Positions 18,626 through 27,428 of a stretch of DNA of 64,000 bases are shown one piece after another. Position 1 is the stretch's first letter. Each line of letters begins with the position of its first letter. The position numbers were made by a program, and so were the translations under genes. The notes under the pieces are model-generated. The model saw nothing but the letters and a program-made list of their open reading frames with translations. It was not told the origin of the DNA and made no database searches. The stretch is from positions 20,061 through 84,060 of the forward strand of contig JAFGSS010000146.1 in NCBI GenBank assembly GCA_016934555.1. The letters are read 5' to 3'. This DNA comes from Acidobacteriota bacterium. Lineage in GTDB: Bacteria > Acidobacteriota > UBA6911.

Positions 18626-19759
18626 TCAGGGGATCAGGCCGACCTGGAGGGGGGGGCGGGAAGGGGGGCTGGCCTCGACGGTAAAATCGATCCGCCCGAG
18701 CGTCTGGCCCGATTCGGTTTCGACCTCCACCCGCCATCGTCCGGGCGTGATCCCCTGTTTGCGGGTATAGCCCCGGAAACCCCGTTCCCGTCCTCCCCGG
18801 ATCTCGAACCGTATGCGGTCGGTCTGCACCCATTCCCCGCCGGCGGTAGTGCGGCTCCAGACATGGCTTATGGGGACGCGGAACTTCGGGGGCGCGAATA
18901 TGGCGGTATAGCAGTAGGCGCTTTCTCCCGGCGCCAGATAAAAGGGGTCGTCCCATTTCTTCCAGAACCGCCAGCGCGGACCGGGTACGTGCATCACTTC
19001 GTACCCGCCCGGGGTGCGCGCCACGTGGTGGTAGATCCCCGCCGACTTCAGCGCCAGCGGGACCGGGGGGATGAGGCTGGCGAGGTAGAGGAGGTTCACC
19101 GCGAGGAGCGTAAGCCCGATCCAGGGGAGGACGGGCCGCAGCGCGAGGCGCCGCGGCACCCCCGCACGCCCGAGCCCCAGGGAGAAGACCGCAAGGCTCA
19201 CCCCCAGGCTGAGGACCCCGGCCAGCGCGAAGATGGCGCCGTTGACGGCCGCCAGGATCACCGGCAGGAAGAAGGCGAAGAAGGAGAGGAGGCAGAAGGT
19301 GTAGAGAACGGCGAGGAGGCGGCCGTCCTCGAGCCGGTCATGCAGGAATTCGTTGCCGATCCAGAGGGCGACGAGGATCAGGAAGAAGATCTGGGTCCGG
19401 GTGAAGGAGGCGCTCTTGAAATAAAAGATGACGTAGCTCGAAAACAGGCCGCCGAACAGGAACTGCAGGACCCAGGGGAAGCAGGGGCGCAGTTTTGCCG
19501 CCGGCCCGGGGAGGGGGATCCCCGCCCGGCTCCTGAGGATGAGGACGATCAGGGCTCCCGCGACCGCCAGGTAGGAGAGCAGGAGCGCGTTGTCCAGGAG
19601 ATTGTCGACGCGCGTCAGGGTCAGCGAATCCCAGAGGAACCCGGCGCCGAACAGGGCGATGCCCGAATATTTTTCGTGGCGGCGGTACCAGAGAGCCAGC
19701 GCCCTTGCCGTCTCCGGCAGCGGGGGTCGCGCGTTCTGGGGGAGGGGATCGGGAGGCAT
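18626..19759 (-). CDS. Polytopic membrane protein with C-terminal soluble beta-rich domain (DUF2914-like)
   Basis: Eight or more hydrophobic helices precede a C-terminal ~120-aa domain (YHHVARTPGGYEVMHVPGPRWRFWKKWDDPFYLAPGESAYCYTAIF...). Confidence 0.6.
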   Translation of the reverse strand: MPPDPLPQNARPPLPETARALALWYRRHEKYSGIALFGAGFLWDSLTLTRVDNLLDNALLLSYLAVAGALIVLILRSRAGIPLPGPAAKLRPCFPWVLQFLFGGLFSSYVIFYFKSASFTRTQIFFLILVALWIGNEFLHDRLEDGRLLAVLYTFCLLSFFAFFLPVILAAVNGAIFALAGVLSLGVSLAVFSLGLGRAGVPRRLALRPVLPWIGLTLLAVNLLYLASLIPPVPLALKSAGIYHHVARTPGGYEVMHVPGPRWRFWKKWDDPFYLAPGESAYCYTAIFAPPKFRVPISHVWSRTTAGGEWVQTDRIRFEIRGGRERGFRGYTRKQGITPGRWRVEVETESGQTLGRIDFTVEASPPSRPPLQVGLIP

Positions 19760-19817
19760 GGTTGTCGGGGCGGGGAGCGCGGGCGGCCCGCCGGCGGGCC
19801 GCCCGTTCCGGCGGAGT

Positions 19818-21383
19818 TCAGTGTTTGAAATGCCGGATCCCGGTGAAGACCATGGCGATCCCCCTGCTGTCGGCGGCCTCGATGACCTCGGCGTCGCGCA
19901 CCGACCCGCCCGGCTGGATGACGGCCCTGACGCCGTATTCGGCGGCGGCCAGCAGCCCGTCGGGGAAGGGGAAGAAGGCGTCCGAGGCCATGGCGCAGCC
20001 TTCGAGCGGGAGCGTGGCCTTCATCGCCCCCCACTTCACCGCGTCCACACGGCTGGTCTGCCCGGCGCCGATTCCGAGCATCCGGCTCGGGCCGGAGAAG
20101 ACAATGGCATTGCTCTTGACATGCTTGACAACGCGCCAGCCGAACAGCAGCGCCTCCAGTTCCTCGCGCGAGGGGGCGCGCCTGGTGACCGTCTTGAGTT
20201 CATCGGGGCCGAGGAAATAGGTGTCCTTGTCCTCGATGAGGAAGCCGCCGCTGATCTGGCGGTGCTGCGGCCTGACCGGGGCGGCGCCCCTCACCCGCAG
20301 CAGCCGGAGGTTTTTCTTCTGCCGCAGGATGTCGAGCGCGTCGGGTGCGAAATCGGGGGCCAGCACGACCTCCACGAAGGTCCGGTTGATTTCCTCCGCC
20401 GTGTCCCGGTCCACCGGGCGGTTCAGCGCCACCACCGAGCCGAAGGCCGAGACCGGATCGCTGTCGCGTGCCAGGGCGTACGCCTCCGCGAGCGTGTCGG
20501 CCTGGGCCACGCCGCAGGGGTTGGTGTGCTTGATGACGGCGGCCGCGGGGCGGTCGAATTCCAGCACCAGGTTCCATGAGGCGTCCGAATCGAGCAGGTT
20601 GTTGTAGCTGAGCTCTTTTCCGTGCAGCACCTCGGCCCCGGCCACGCCCGTCGCCTGCTCCGCCGCCCGGCGGTAGAGGGCCGCGCGCTGGTGCGGGTTT
20701 TCGCCGTATCTCAGGTCGCGGACCTTGTCCAGAGCCAGCACCTCGGAGGCGGGGAGGGCGCCCTCCCGCTTTTCGGCCCCCTCTCCCGACCACGCCCTTT
20801 CAGCGAACCATGCGGCGATGGCACTGTCGTAGGAAGCGGTGGCCGCGAACGCCTTCTGCGCCAGCCGGAAACGGGTGCCGGCGCCGAGGGCGCCGTCATG
20901 GAGTTCCATTTCCCCGAGGACCCAGGCATAGTCGGCGGGGTCGGTAACGACGGCCACCCCCGCGTGGTTTTTGGCCGCCGATCGGATCATGCTGGGCCCG
21001 CCGATATCGATCTGCTCGATGACTTCGGGATAGGCGATCCCTTCCCGCGCCGCGGTTTCCCGGAACGGATAGAGGTTGACGACGACCATGTCGATCGGCA
21101 GGATCCCCTGCTGTTCCATCTGGGAACGGTGCGACGGCCTGTCCCTCAGGCCCAGCAGGCCGCCGTGAATCCTGGGGTGCAGTGTCTTGACCCGGCCGTC
21201 CATGATTTCGGGGAATCCGGTATAGTCGGACACGTCGACGACGGGGACCCCCCGCTCCCGGAGAAAGGCGGCGGTGCCCCCGGTCGAGAGCAGTTCGATC
21301 CCCATTTCCCGAAGGCGCCCGGACAGTTCGGCCAGGCCGCTCTTGTCGGAAACACTTATCAAAGCACGTTGTATGCGGATCAA
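19818..21383 (-). CDS. purH: Bifunctional AICAR formyltransferase / IMP cyclohydrolase PurH
   Basis: RALISVSDKSGLAELSGRL...GGTAAFLRERGVPV (MGS-like domain) plus the AICARFT domain. Start is TTG, preceded by a strong GAGGAGG Shine-Dalgarno. 521 aa. Confidence 0.95.
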   Translation of the reverse strand: MIRIQRALISVSDKSGLAELSGRLREMGIELLSTGGTAAFLRERGVPVVDVSDYTGFPEIMDGRVKTLHPRIHGGLLGLRDRPSHRSQMEQQGILPIDMVVVNLYPFRETAAREGIAYPEVIEQIDIGGPSMIRSAAKNHAGVAVVTDPADYAWVLGEMELHDGALGAGTRFRLAQKAFAATASYDSAIAAWFAERAWSGEGAEKREGALPASEVLALDKVRDLRYGENPHQRAALYRRAAEQATGVAGAEVLHGKELSYNNLLDSDASWNLVLEFDRPAAAVIKHTNPCGVAQADTLAEAYALARDSDPVSAFGSVVALNRPVDRDTAEEINRTFVEVVLAPDFAPDALDILRQKKNLRLLRVRGAAPVRPQHRQISGGFLIEDKDTYFLGPDELKTVTRRAPSREELEALLFGWRVVKHVKSNAIVFSGPSRMLGIGAGQTSRVDAVKWGAMKATLPLEGCAMASDAFFPFPDGLLAAAEYGVRAVIQPGGSVRDAEVIEAADSRGIAMVFTGIRHFKH

Positions 21384-21513
21384 GCTCCACCTCCTCGTGT
21401 CGATGAAGATAAAAGAAACAGTATACGCGATCCCCCGCCCGGCGCCAGACGTAGAATGCGCCCCTCCCGGTCCCCGCCCGTCGAGCGCCCGGGGCCGGGT
21501 CGCAATTTTCCGC

Positions 21514-21543
21514 TTGACAAAAATAAATCGTGTCGACTACGCT
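21514..21543 (+). promoter_or_regulatory. Candidate sigma70 promoter for cspA (TTGACA - 18 nt - TACGCT)
   Basis: Exact TTGACA at 21514..21519 in an AT-rich stretch. It predicts a ~125-nt 5'UTR, typical of cold-shock genes. Confidence 0.3.
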
Positions 21544-21675
21544 CAATCCAATTAAATCTCTAGTAATTTGTTTGGTTTAAACAGGGGGCCTGGACAGCAT
21601 TGCATTTTGGGACGGCATGCCGTCTCATTTCAGGATGTGCGAGGGAATGTTCTGGGTTTTTTTAGGGGATGTTCT

Positions 21676-21909
21676 ATGAGTAAGATTACGGGTACGGTCA
21701 AGTGGTTCAACAACACCAAGGGATATGGTTTCATCTCCCAGCCCACCGGAGCGGATGTGTTCGTGCATTACAGCTCCATCCAGGAAAAGGGATACCGCAC
21801 TCTCCGTGAAGGGGAGCAGGTGGAGTTCGACGTCAAGCTGGGTCCCCGTGGTCCGCAGGCGGAGCACGTCGTGAGGCTCGAACCGCAGCCGGAGCAGCCT
21901 GCGGTCTAG
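21676..21909 (+). CDS. cspA: Cold-shock protein, CspA family
   Basis: [36 protein letters not shown] contains the RNP1/RNP2 motifs. AGGGGA Shine-Dalgarno lies 7 nt upstream. The track ORF starts 108 nt too early. Confidence 0.95.
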   Translation: MSKITGTVKWFNNTKGYGFISQPTGADVFVHYSSIQEKGYRTLREGEQVEFDVKLGPRGPQAEHVVRLEPQPEQPAV

Positions 21910-21930
21910 AATTCCCGCTTTCGGGCGGAT

Positions 21931-22509
21931 TCAGGTTTCAACGGTTTCCGCCGCGGCGGTGAACCGGATCGACTCTTCCTTGAGCGCAATGGTGAAGGCC
22001 ACCCGGGAGCATCCGTGCCGCTGTCGGATGCTCCGGGTCCGGGTGGCCACAAGCTCTGCAAATTGCGGATAGGAAATCTGCGCTTTCCCCCGTTCCGTCT
22101 TTCGGGCCGCCACCAGCGCTTCGTACAGTTTCCGCACCTTTCCCTCCTCGGCCTCCGGGTCGGATATGGAAACCCGGAGCGCCGGAGCCGGCGGAACCGC
22201 CGCAGACGGCGTGGGCGCCACGGCGGCCTTGGAACCGGCGCCCCCCGCACCGTCGGCCCCCATCTCCCGCTCCTGCTGGGTGCGGCGCCAGAGGTCGCGG
22301 TAGACGTAGTAGCGCGCGACCAGGGTATTGAACCGGAAGCGCTGGGAAAAGGAGAGGTCCGAGCTTTCGGACAGTTTCTTGACCAGCCTTTCGATGCGCA
22401 GGCGCAGTTCATCGGGCGCCTTCCCCTGGTTTCCGTGAAAGAAGATGTGGTACTCGATTTTCAGCCGCCGCAGTCCCTCTTCCAGGCTGGTCAGTTCCTC
22501 GTCATGCAT
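21931..22509 (-). CDS. Hypothetical protein
   Basis: ATG at 22509 (MHDEELTSLEEGLRRLKIEYHIFFHGNQGKAPDELRLRIERLVKKL...). Composition is protein-like, with an Ala/Pro-rich linker. No family recognised. Confidence 0.5.
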   Translation of the reverse strand: MHDEELTSLEEGLRRLKIEYHIFFHGNQGKAPDELRLRIERLVKKLSESSDLSFSQRFRFNTLVARYYVYRDLWRRTQQEREMGADGAGGAGSKAAVAPTPSAAVPPAPALRVSISDPEAEEGKVRKLYEALVAARKTERGKAQISYPQFAELVATRTRSIRQRHGCSRVAFTIALKEESIRFTAAAETVET

Positions 22510-22570
22510 CCCGTCCGCCCCCCGCAAACGCCGATTGACAGCCTTCCCCCGGCTGTGCTGAAATGCCCCA

Positions 22571-24007
22571 ATGAAAAACGAGCCTCCCCAGGAACTTCTG
22601 CGCCGGATCCCGGCCGTTGACCAACTGCTCCTGCGCCCGGCGATCGCCTCCTGGGTGGAGTCCACCGGGCACGAGTTCATCGTGGCCGAAATTCAGCGCC
22701 TGCTGGCCGAGGTCCGCGCCGCGATCCTGTCGGAGGATGCCGATGCCGGGACCACGCCCGAACAGCTGGAGGCCGCCCTCGGTGCAAGGCTGGGGCGGCG
22801 TCTGCGCCCGGGACTCGGTCCGGTGATCAACGCGTCCGGTGTCATCCTGCACACCAACCTGGGACGGGCGCCGCTGTCGGATGGAGCCCGTGAGACTTTA
22901 TCGGCACATTCGGCCGGTTACACCAACCTGGAATACGATCTTTCCGAAGGGAAGCGGTCCCAGAGGGATAAGCTGATCCAGCCTCTGTTGCGGGAAGTGC
23001 TGGGGTGTGAGGATGCCGCGGTCGTCAACAACAACGCCGCCGCCGTCTACCTGATCCTCGACACCCTGGCCCGCGGCCGGGAGGTCATCGTCAGCCGGGG
23101 GGAACTGGTGGAGATCGGCGGATCCTTCCGTATCCCGGAGATCATGGCCCGCAGCGGCGCGCTGCTGCGCGAGGTGGGGACCACCAACAAGACGCGGATC
23201 GGGGACTACGAATCGGCCCTCAACGAAAACACGGCCCTGCTGCTGAAGGTTCATCCCAGCAACTACCGGATGCACGGGTTCACGGAAAAGCCCGCCCTCG
23301 AGGCCCTGGTCGATCTCGCCCGGCGCCGCCGGGTCCCCCTGGTCGAGGATATCGGCAGCGGTTGCCTGGTCGACCTCAGGCCCTACGGCATCGCGGATGA
23401 GCCGACGGTCCAGGCGAGCCTGTCCTCCGGCGTCGATCTCATCTCCTTCAGCGGGGACAAGCTGCTGGGCGGCCCGCAGGCCGGGATCATCGCCGGCGCG
23501 CGGAGCCTGGTGGAGCCGATCCGCAAAAATCCCCTCATGCGGACCTACCGCGTGGACAAGCTCGTCTACGGCGCCCTGGAGGCCACCCTCGGGAGCTACC
23601 GGTTCGGCCGTGCGGCCGCGGAGATCCCCGTGGTGCGCATGATCGCCATGACCGTCGAGGAAACCCGGCGGCGCGCCCGCCGCTTCGCCCGCCGGCTGCG
23701 TCCCCGTCTTCCCGGGGGGGCGGCGGTCCATCTCGTCGAGGGGGAATCGGTGGTCGGGGGCGGATCCTGTCCCGAAAGCGCCCTCCCCTCGATCCTGGTC
23801 TCCCTGGAGTCGGAAGCGGTCCGCCCCGGCCTGATCGAGTCGCGGCTGCGTTCGCTCGATCCCCCCGTGATCATAAGGATCGAGGGGGACCGGGCGCTCG
23901 TCGATCTGCGCACCGTGCTCCCGGTCCAGGAGAAGGTCCTGGCCGAAAGCCTCCTCGAAGTGGTCTCCCCCGGTTTCGAGCCCGCTCCCGGACCGCAGGG
24001 GGGCTAA
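22571..24007 (+). CDS. selA: L-seryl-tRNA(Sec) selenium transferase SelA
   Basis: VINASGVILHTNLGRAPL, then the PLP-lysine region LISFSGDKLLGGPQAGIIAG, then RVDKLVYGALEATL. These are diagnostic SelA motifs. 478 aa. Confidence 0.9.
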   Translation: MKNEPPQELLRRIPAVDQLLLRPAIASWVESTGHEFIVAEIQRLLAEVRAAILSEDADAGTTPEQLEAALGARLGRRLRPGLGPVINASGVILHTNLGRAPLSDGARETLSAHSAGYTNLEYDLSEGKRSQRDKLIQPLLREVLGCEDAAVVNNNAAAVYLILDTLARGREVIVSRGELVEIGGSFRIPEIMARSGALLREVGTTNKTRIGDYESALNENTALLLKVHPSNYRMHGFTEKPALEALVDLARRRRVPLVEDIGSGCLVDLRPYGIADEPTVQASLSSGVDLISFSGDKLLGGPQAGIIAGARSLVEPIRKNPLMRTYRVDKLVYGALEATLGSYRFGRAAAEIPVVRMIAMTVEETRRRARRFARRLRPRLPGGAAVHLVEGESVVGGGSCPESALPSILVSLESEAVRPGLIESRLRSLDPPVIIRIEGDRALVDLRTVLPVQEKVLAESLLEVVSPGFEPAPGPQGG

Positions 24008-26217
24008 CGGCCGCCGGCCACGGAAAAGGTCAGGCGGGCGGCCTCGAGGTCCACGCGGTCGAGCCGGACCCGGACGCGCGAGCCGAGCTGGAACCGCCGC
24101 CGCCGCCGTTCCCCGACATGGGTGCGGGTCTTTTCCAGGTAGCGGTACCGGTCGTCGATCAGGGTCTCGGCCGGGACGAATCCCTCCACGAAGGGATCGA
24201 GCAGCTCCACGAAGAATCCCTGGCGGGAGGGGGAGAAGACCACGGCCTCGAACTCCTCGCCCACCCTTCCGGCCATGAACTGCGTTTTCTTGAACTGCTC
24301 GATTTCCCGTTCGGCTTCGTCGGCGTTCCTTTCGCGCTCGGAGGCGTGCCGCGCGATTTCGGGGAGGCGCCGGGCCAGGCGCGCCCGCCACCCGGCGGAC
24401 TCTTCGCCGCCGGGGAGGCGTTTGAGCAGGCGGTGCACGACCAGGTCGGGGTATCTCCGGATCGGGGCGGTGAAGTGGGTGTATTCTTCCAGCGCCAGGC
24501 CGAAATGGCCCGCGTTCTCCGTCGAGTAGCGTGCCTGCATGAAGGACCGGAGCATGAGATAGGCCAGGAATTTCTGCTCCGGCCTCCCCTCGAGTCCCCG
24601 GATGAATTTCTGGAAATCCCCGGGGACATAGTCCTCCCCGCTCCTTGCCAGCCGGTGGCCCAGGACCTGGGCGAATTCGGCGAATTCCTCGACTTTGCGC
24701 GGGTCGGGTTTTTCGTGGATGCGGTAGAGCGCCGGCCCCCCCGAGGAGGTGAGGGCCAGGGCGACCTGCTCGTTGGCCAGGAGCATGAACTCCTCGATGA
24801 TGCGATGGGCGATGTTGCGTTCGGAGGGGACGATGCCCGTCACCCGCCCCTCCGGGTCGAACCGGATATCGGCTTCCGGCAGATCGAAATCCACGGCCCC
24901 CCGGGCGTACCGTTTCCGTGCGAGGGCGCGGCAGACCCCCTGCATGTTTTCCAGGAGGGGGATCAGATCGGCATGGCGCGCCCGTTCATCGGGGGCCCCG
25001 CCAAGCAGGATCCCGGCCACGGCGGTATAGGTCAGGCGGGCGCGGCTGCAGAGCACCCCTTTGGTGAAGCGCCGGGCGACGACGCGCCCCCGCGGCGTGA
25101 CCTCCACGAGGGCCGACAGCACGAGGCGGTCCACCCCCGGTTTCAGGCTGCATATCCCGCTCGAGAGCCTCGGGGGCAGCATCGGGATCGCCCGATCGGG
25201 GAAATAGACCGAGGTGCCCCGGGTGAAGGCGGCCGCGTCCAGTTCCGATCCCTCGTGGACGTAGTGGGACACGTCGGCGATGTGCACGCCGAGGAGCCAG
25301 TTGCCCGAGTCGAGCCGCCGCAGGCTGACGGCATCGTCAAAATCGCGCGCGCTCTCCCCGTCGATGGTTACGGCCGTCTCGGCGCGAAAATCCTCCCGCC
25401 CCCGGCATTCCTCCTCCCGGACCCGGTCCGGGATCGCTTCCGCCTCCTCGAGCGCCTCCGGGGGGAAATCGACCGGAAGCCCGAATTTGTGTTCGACGAT
25501 CCTGTATTCGATCCCCGGGTCGTCCGGGTTGCCCAGGACCTCGAGGATCCTCCCCTGCGGGAGCCGGTGGCGCCCCGGAGGGAGGGTGATGGCGGCGGCG
25601 ACGATCTGGCCGTCCCGGGCCTCGAGCCCCGCCCCCGGGGGGATCCGGATGTCGTCGGCCATCCGCGCATCGAGCGGCTGGACGCACGGAAAGCGGGAAT
25701 GGGCCCGGTAGCGGCCCACGATGACGGGGTGTTTTCTTTCCAGTACCCGGACGACGCGCCCCTCGAGCCTCCGCCGGGAGTCCCCGTTTTCCGCCCGGGT
25801 GCGGCGGGTGACGCGCCCCCCCTCGCGCGGGCGGCGCGCCGGCAGCGTCTTCTGTTCGACCCGCACCAGGACGCGGTCCTCGTGCACGGCGTCCTCCATG
25901 TTCCGCGCCGGGATGAAGATGTCGTCCCCGTAGCCGGAGCCGTCATCCGGAATCAGAAAGCCGTACCCGTCCCGGTGGCGGCTGAGGGTCCCCGCAACGT
26001 GGGCCTCCCGTGCCGCCGTCGAGTAGCGCCCCCGGCGGATGCGGCGGAGGACGCCTTCGTCCTCCAGGTCCTCCAGGAACCGCTGGAGGTCCCTGCGGTC
26101 GTCGCTGTCCAGATCCAGCGCCCGGACGGCGTCCCGGAAGGTGAATTCCCCCGGGTCCCCCGCTTTCGGGGCCCGGATGAAGCGCAAGACCCGCTCTTTC
26201 TGGTCCGGGGTCAGCAT
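24004..26217 (-). CDS. rnr: Ribonuclease R (RNB family 3'-5' exoribonuclease)
   Basis: Cold-shock/OB N-domain, then RNB catalytic core (DFDDAVSL...GVHIADVSHYV), then a C-terminal S1/basic tail. Start was placed at ATG 26217 (MLTPDQKERVLRFI) so it does not overlap the upstream secreted-protein gene. Alternative starts lie at 26286 and 26334. Confidence 0.9.
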   Translation of the reverse strand: MLTPDQKERVLRFIRAPKAGDPGEFTFRDAVRALDLDSDDRRDLQRFLEDLEDEGVLRRIRRGRYSTAAREAHVAGTLSRHRDGYGFLIPDDGSGYGDDIFIPARNMEDAVHEDRVLVRVEQKTLPARRPREGGRVTRRTRAENGDSRRRLEGRVVRVLERKHPVIVGRYRAHSRFPCVQPLDARMADDIRIPPGAGLEARDGQIVAAAITLPPGRHRLPQGRILEVLGNPDDPGIEYRIVEHKFGLPVDFPPEALEEAEAIPDRVREEECRGREDFRAETAVTIDGESARDFDDAVSLRRLDSGNWLLGVHIADVSHYVHEGSELDAAAFTRGTSVYFPDRAIPMLPPRLSSGICSLKPGVDRLVLSALVEVTPRGRVVARRFTKGVLCSRARLTYTAVAGILLGGAPDERARHADLIPLLENMQGVCRALARKRYARGAVDFDLPEADIRFDPEGRVTGIVPSERNIAHRIIEEFMLLANEQVALALTSSGGPALYRIHEKPDPRKVEEFAEFAQVLGHRLARSGEDYVPGDFQKFIRGLEGRPEQKFLAYLMLRSFMQARYSTENAGHFGLALEEYTHFTAPIRRYPDLVVHRLLKRLPGGEESAGWRARLARRLPEIARHASERERNADEAEREIEQFKKTQFMAGRVGEEFEAVVFSPSRQGFFVELLDPFVEGFVPAETLIDDRYRYLEKTRTHVGERRRRRFQLGSRVRVRLDRVDLEAARLTFSVAGGR

Positions 26218-26254
26218 CGGTGTTTCCGGTGCAGGGGGGCGGGGATCGGGGGCA

Positions 26255-26821
26255 TCATCGGAGCAGGAACCATTTGGGTTCTCCATGCTGGACCGCGCCC
26301 CCCCGGTCGGCCGAAAACGACAGCAGGGGCGCACGGTCTGTTTCGGGGACCAGGAATGCGAGCCACCCCTCGGTCGTGTCTCCCGATTTCATCTCCCGGC
26401 GCATCCCGGGTTCCGGGGGGGTGACGGCGGCGGCCGCGTAGGCCTCCCCCTCCGCCGAATAGGCGGTGAACTGCCCGGGCGCGAGCGGGTGGACGCAGGT
26501 GCCCGGGACCCCCCGGGCCCGGTACCCGAAACGGACGCGGGCCAGGACGTAGTCGAAGCCGGGCGGTTCGGCCGGGTTGCGGGGGTCGGCCGCCCGGACG
26601 TGTTCGCGGGCCTCGTCCCCCCGGAGCACCTCCTCGAGCGTGATCGTCATGTCGTACAGTTCGTGGGAGGTGTAGCCTTCGCCGCATTCCAGGATGCCGG
26701 CGATCGGGACCCCGGCCGGTGCGGCGGCACTCGGCGCGGTGCCCGGCGCCTGCGCCGACGCGCCCCCGAGCAGCACGGCTTCCGAACACAGAAACATAAA
26801 ACAGAACCGGATGGTCTTCAT
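26255..26821 (-). CDS. Secreted hypothetical protein (signal peptide)
   Basis: ATG at 26821 gives MKTIRFCFMFLCSEAVLLGGASAQAPG (signal peptide). The mature part is ~160 aa with no recognised family. Confidence 0.55.
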   Translation of the reverse strand: MKTIRFCFMFLCSEAVLLGGASAQAPGTAPSAAAPAGVPIAGILECGEGYTSHELYDMTITLEEVLRGDEAREHVRAADPRNPAEPPGFDYVLARVRFGYRARGVPGTCVHPLAPGQFTAYSAEGEAYAAAAVTPPEPGMRREMKSGDTTEGWLAFLVPETDRAPLLSFSADRGGAVQHGEPKWFLLR

Positions 26822-26831
26822 AGACTCCTCT

Positions 26832-27401
26832 TCATGCGCGGATGTCCGCGATTCCCCCCAGCAGGTCCCGGAGCGTCCGCACGGCCGCATCCCTGTGGGT
26901 CCCCGCCCAGAAAATCTTCCCGCACCCGGGGCAGGACTTATAGCGGGCGTGGGTGCTGTAGACGAAGGGGGGGATCGCATCCCGCACCTTCTCCCGCTCC
27001 GTCGGCACCAGGATCCGGTTGCAGGAAAGGCACCGGGTGAGGAGGGCGGGGAGCGCCGACAAACCCGTCGATTCGATGACGTGCCGGAACTGGGTCAGGG
27101 GGTCCTGGCTTTCGAGGAAGATGAAATTCTTCACCTCCCTCCGGACCAGCAGCCGGGTGTCCCGGCTCAGCAGCACCCGGTCCTGCAACCGGGAAATCCG
27201 CACCAGCTCGTCGTCGGAGAACCGGTTGGAATAGAGAACGTCGAATCCCGCGATCCTCAGCCATTTCGCCAGGCGTCCCAGCATGACGTCGGCCACGAAT
27301 CGGGGGGCCCCCGCCGCGGGACCGGCGCACACGGCCGCCTTCGCCCGGATCAGCTCGTTCCGGGCCCGGGCCGCCTCTCTCCTGGTGGCTGCGTTTCCCA
27401 T
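26832..27401 (-). CDS. Mut7-C RNase domain (DUF82) protein
   Basis: FVADVMLGRLAKWLRIAGFDV matches the Mut7-C/DUF82 N-terminal motif (FLCDxMLGRLARWLR). A C-terminal zinc-ribbon (CLSCN...CPGCG) is present. Confidence 0.65.
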   Translation of the reverse strand: MGNAATRREAARARNELIRAKAAVCAGPAAGAPRFVADVMLGRLAKWLRIAGFDVLYSNRFSDDELVRISRLQDRVLLSRDTRLLVRREVKNFIFLESQDPLTQFRHVIESTGLSALPALLTRCLSCNRILVPTEREKVRDAIPPFVYSTHARYKSCPGCGKIFWAGTHRDAAVRTLRDLLGGIADIRA

Positions 27402-27428
27402 GCCGTAGCGCCCGATCCCCGCCGGGGA

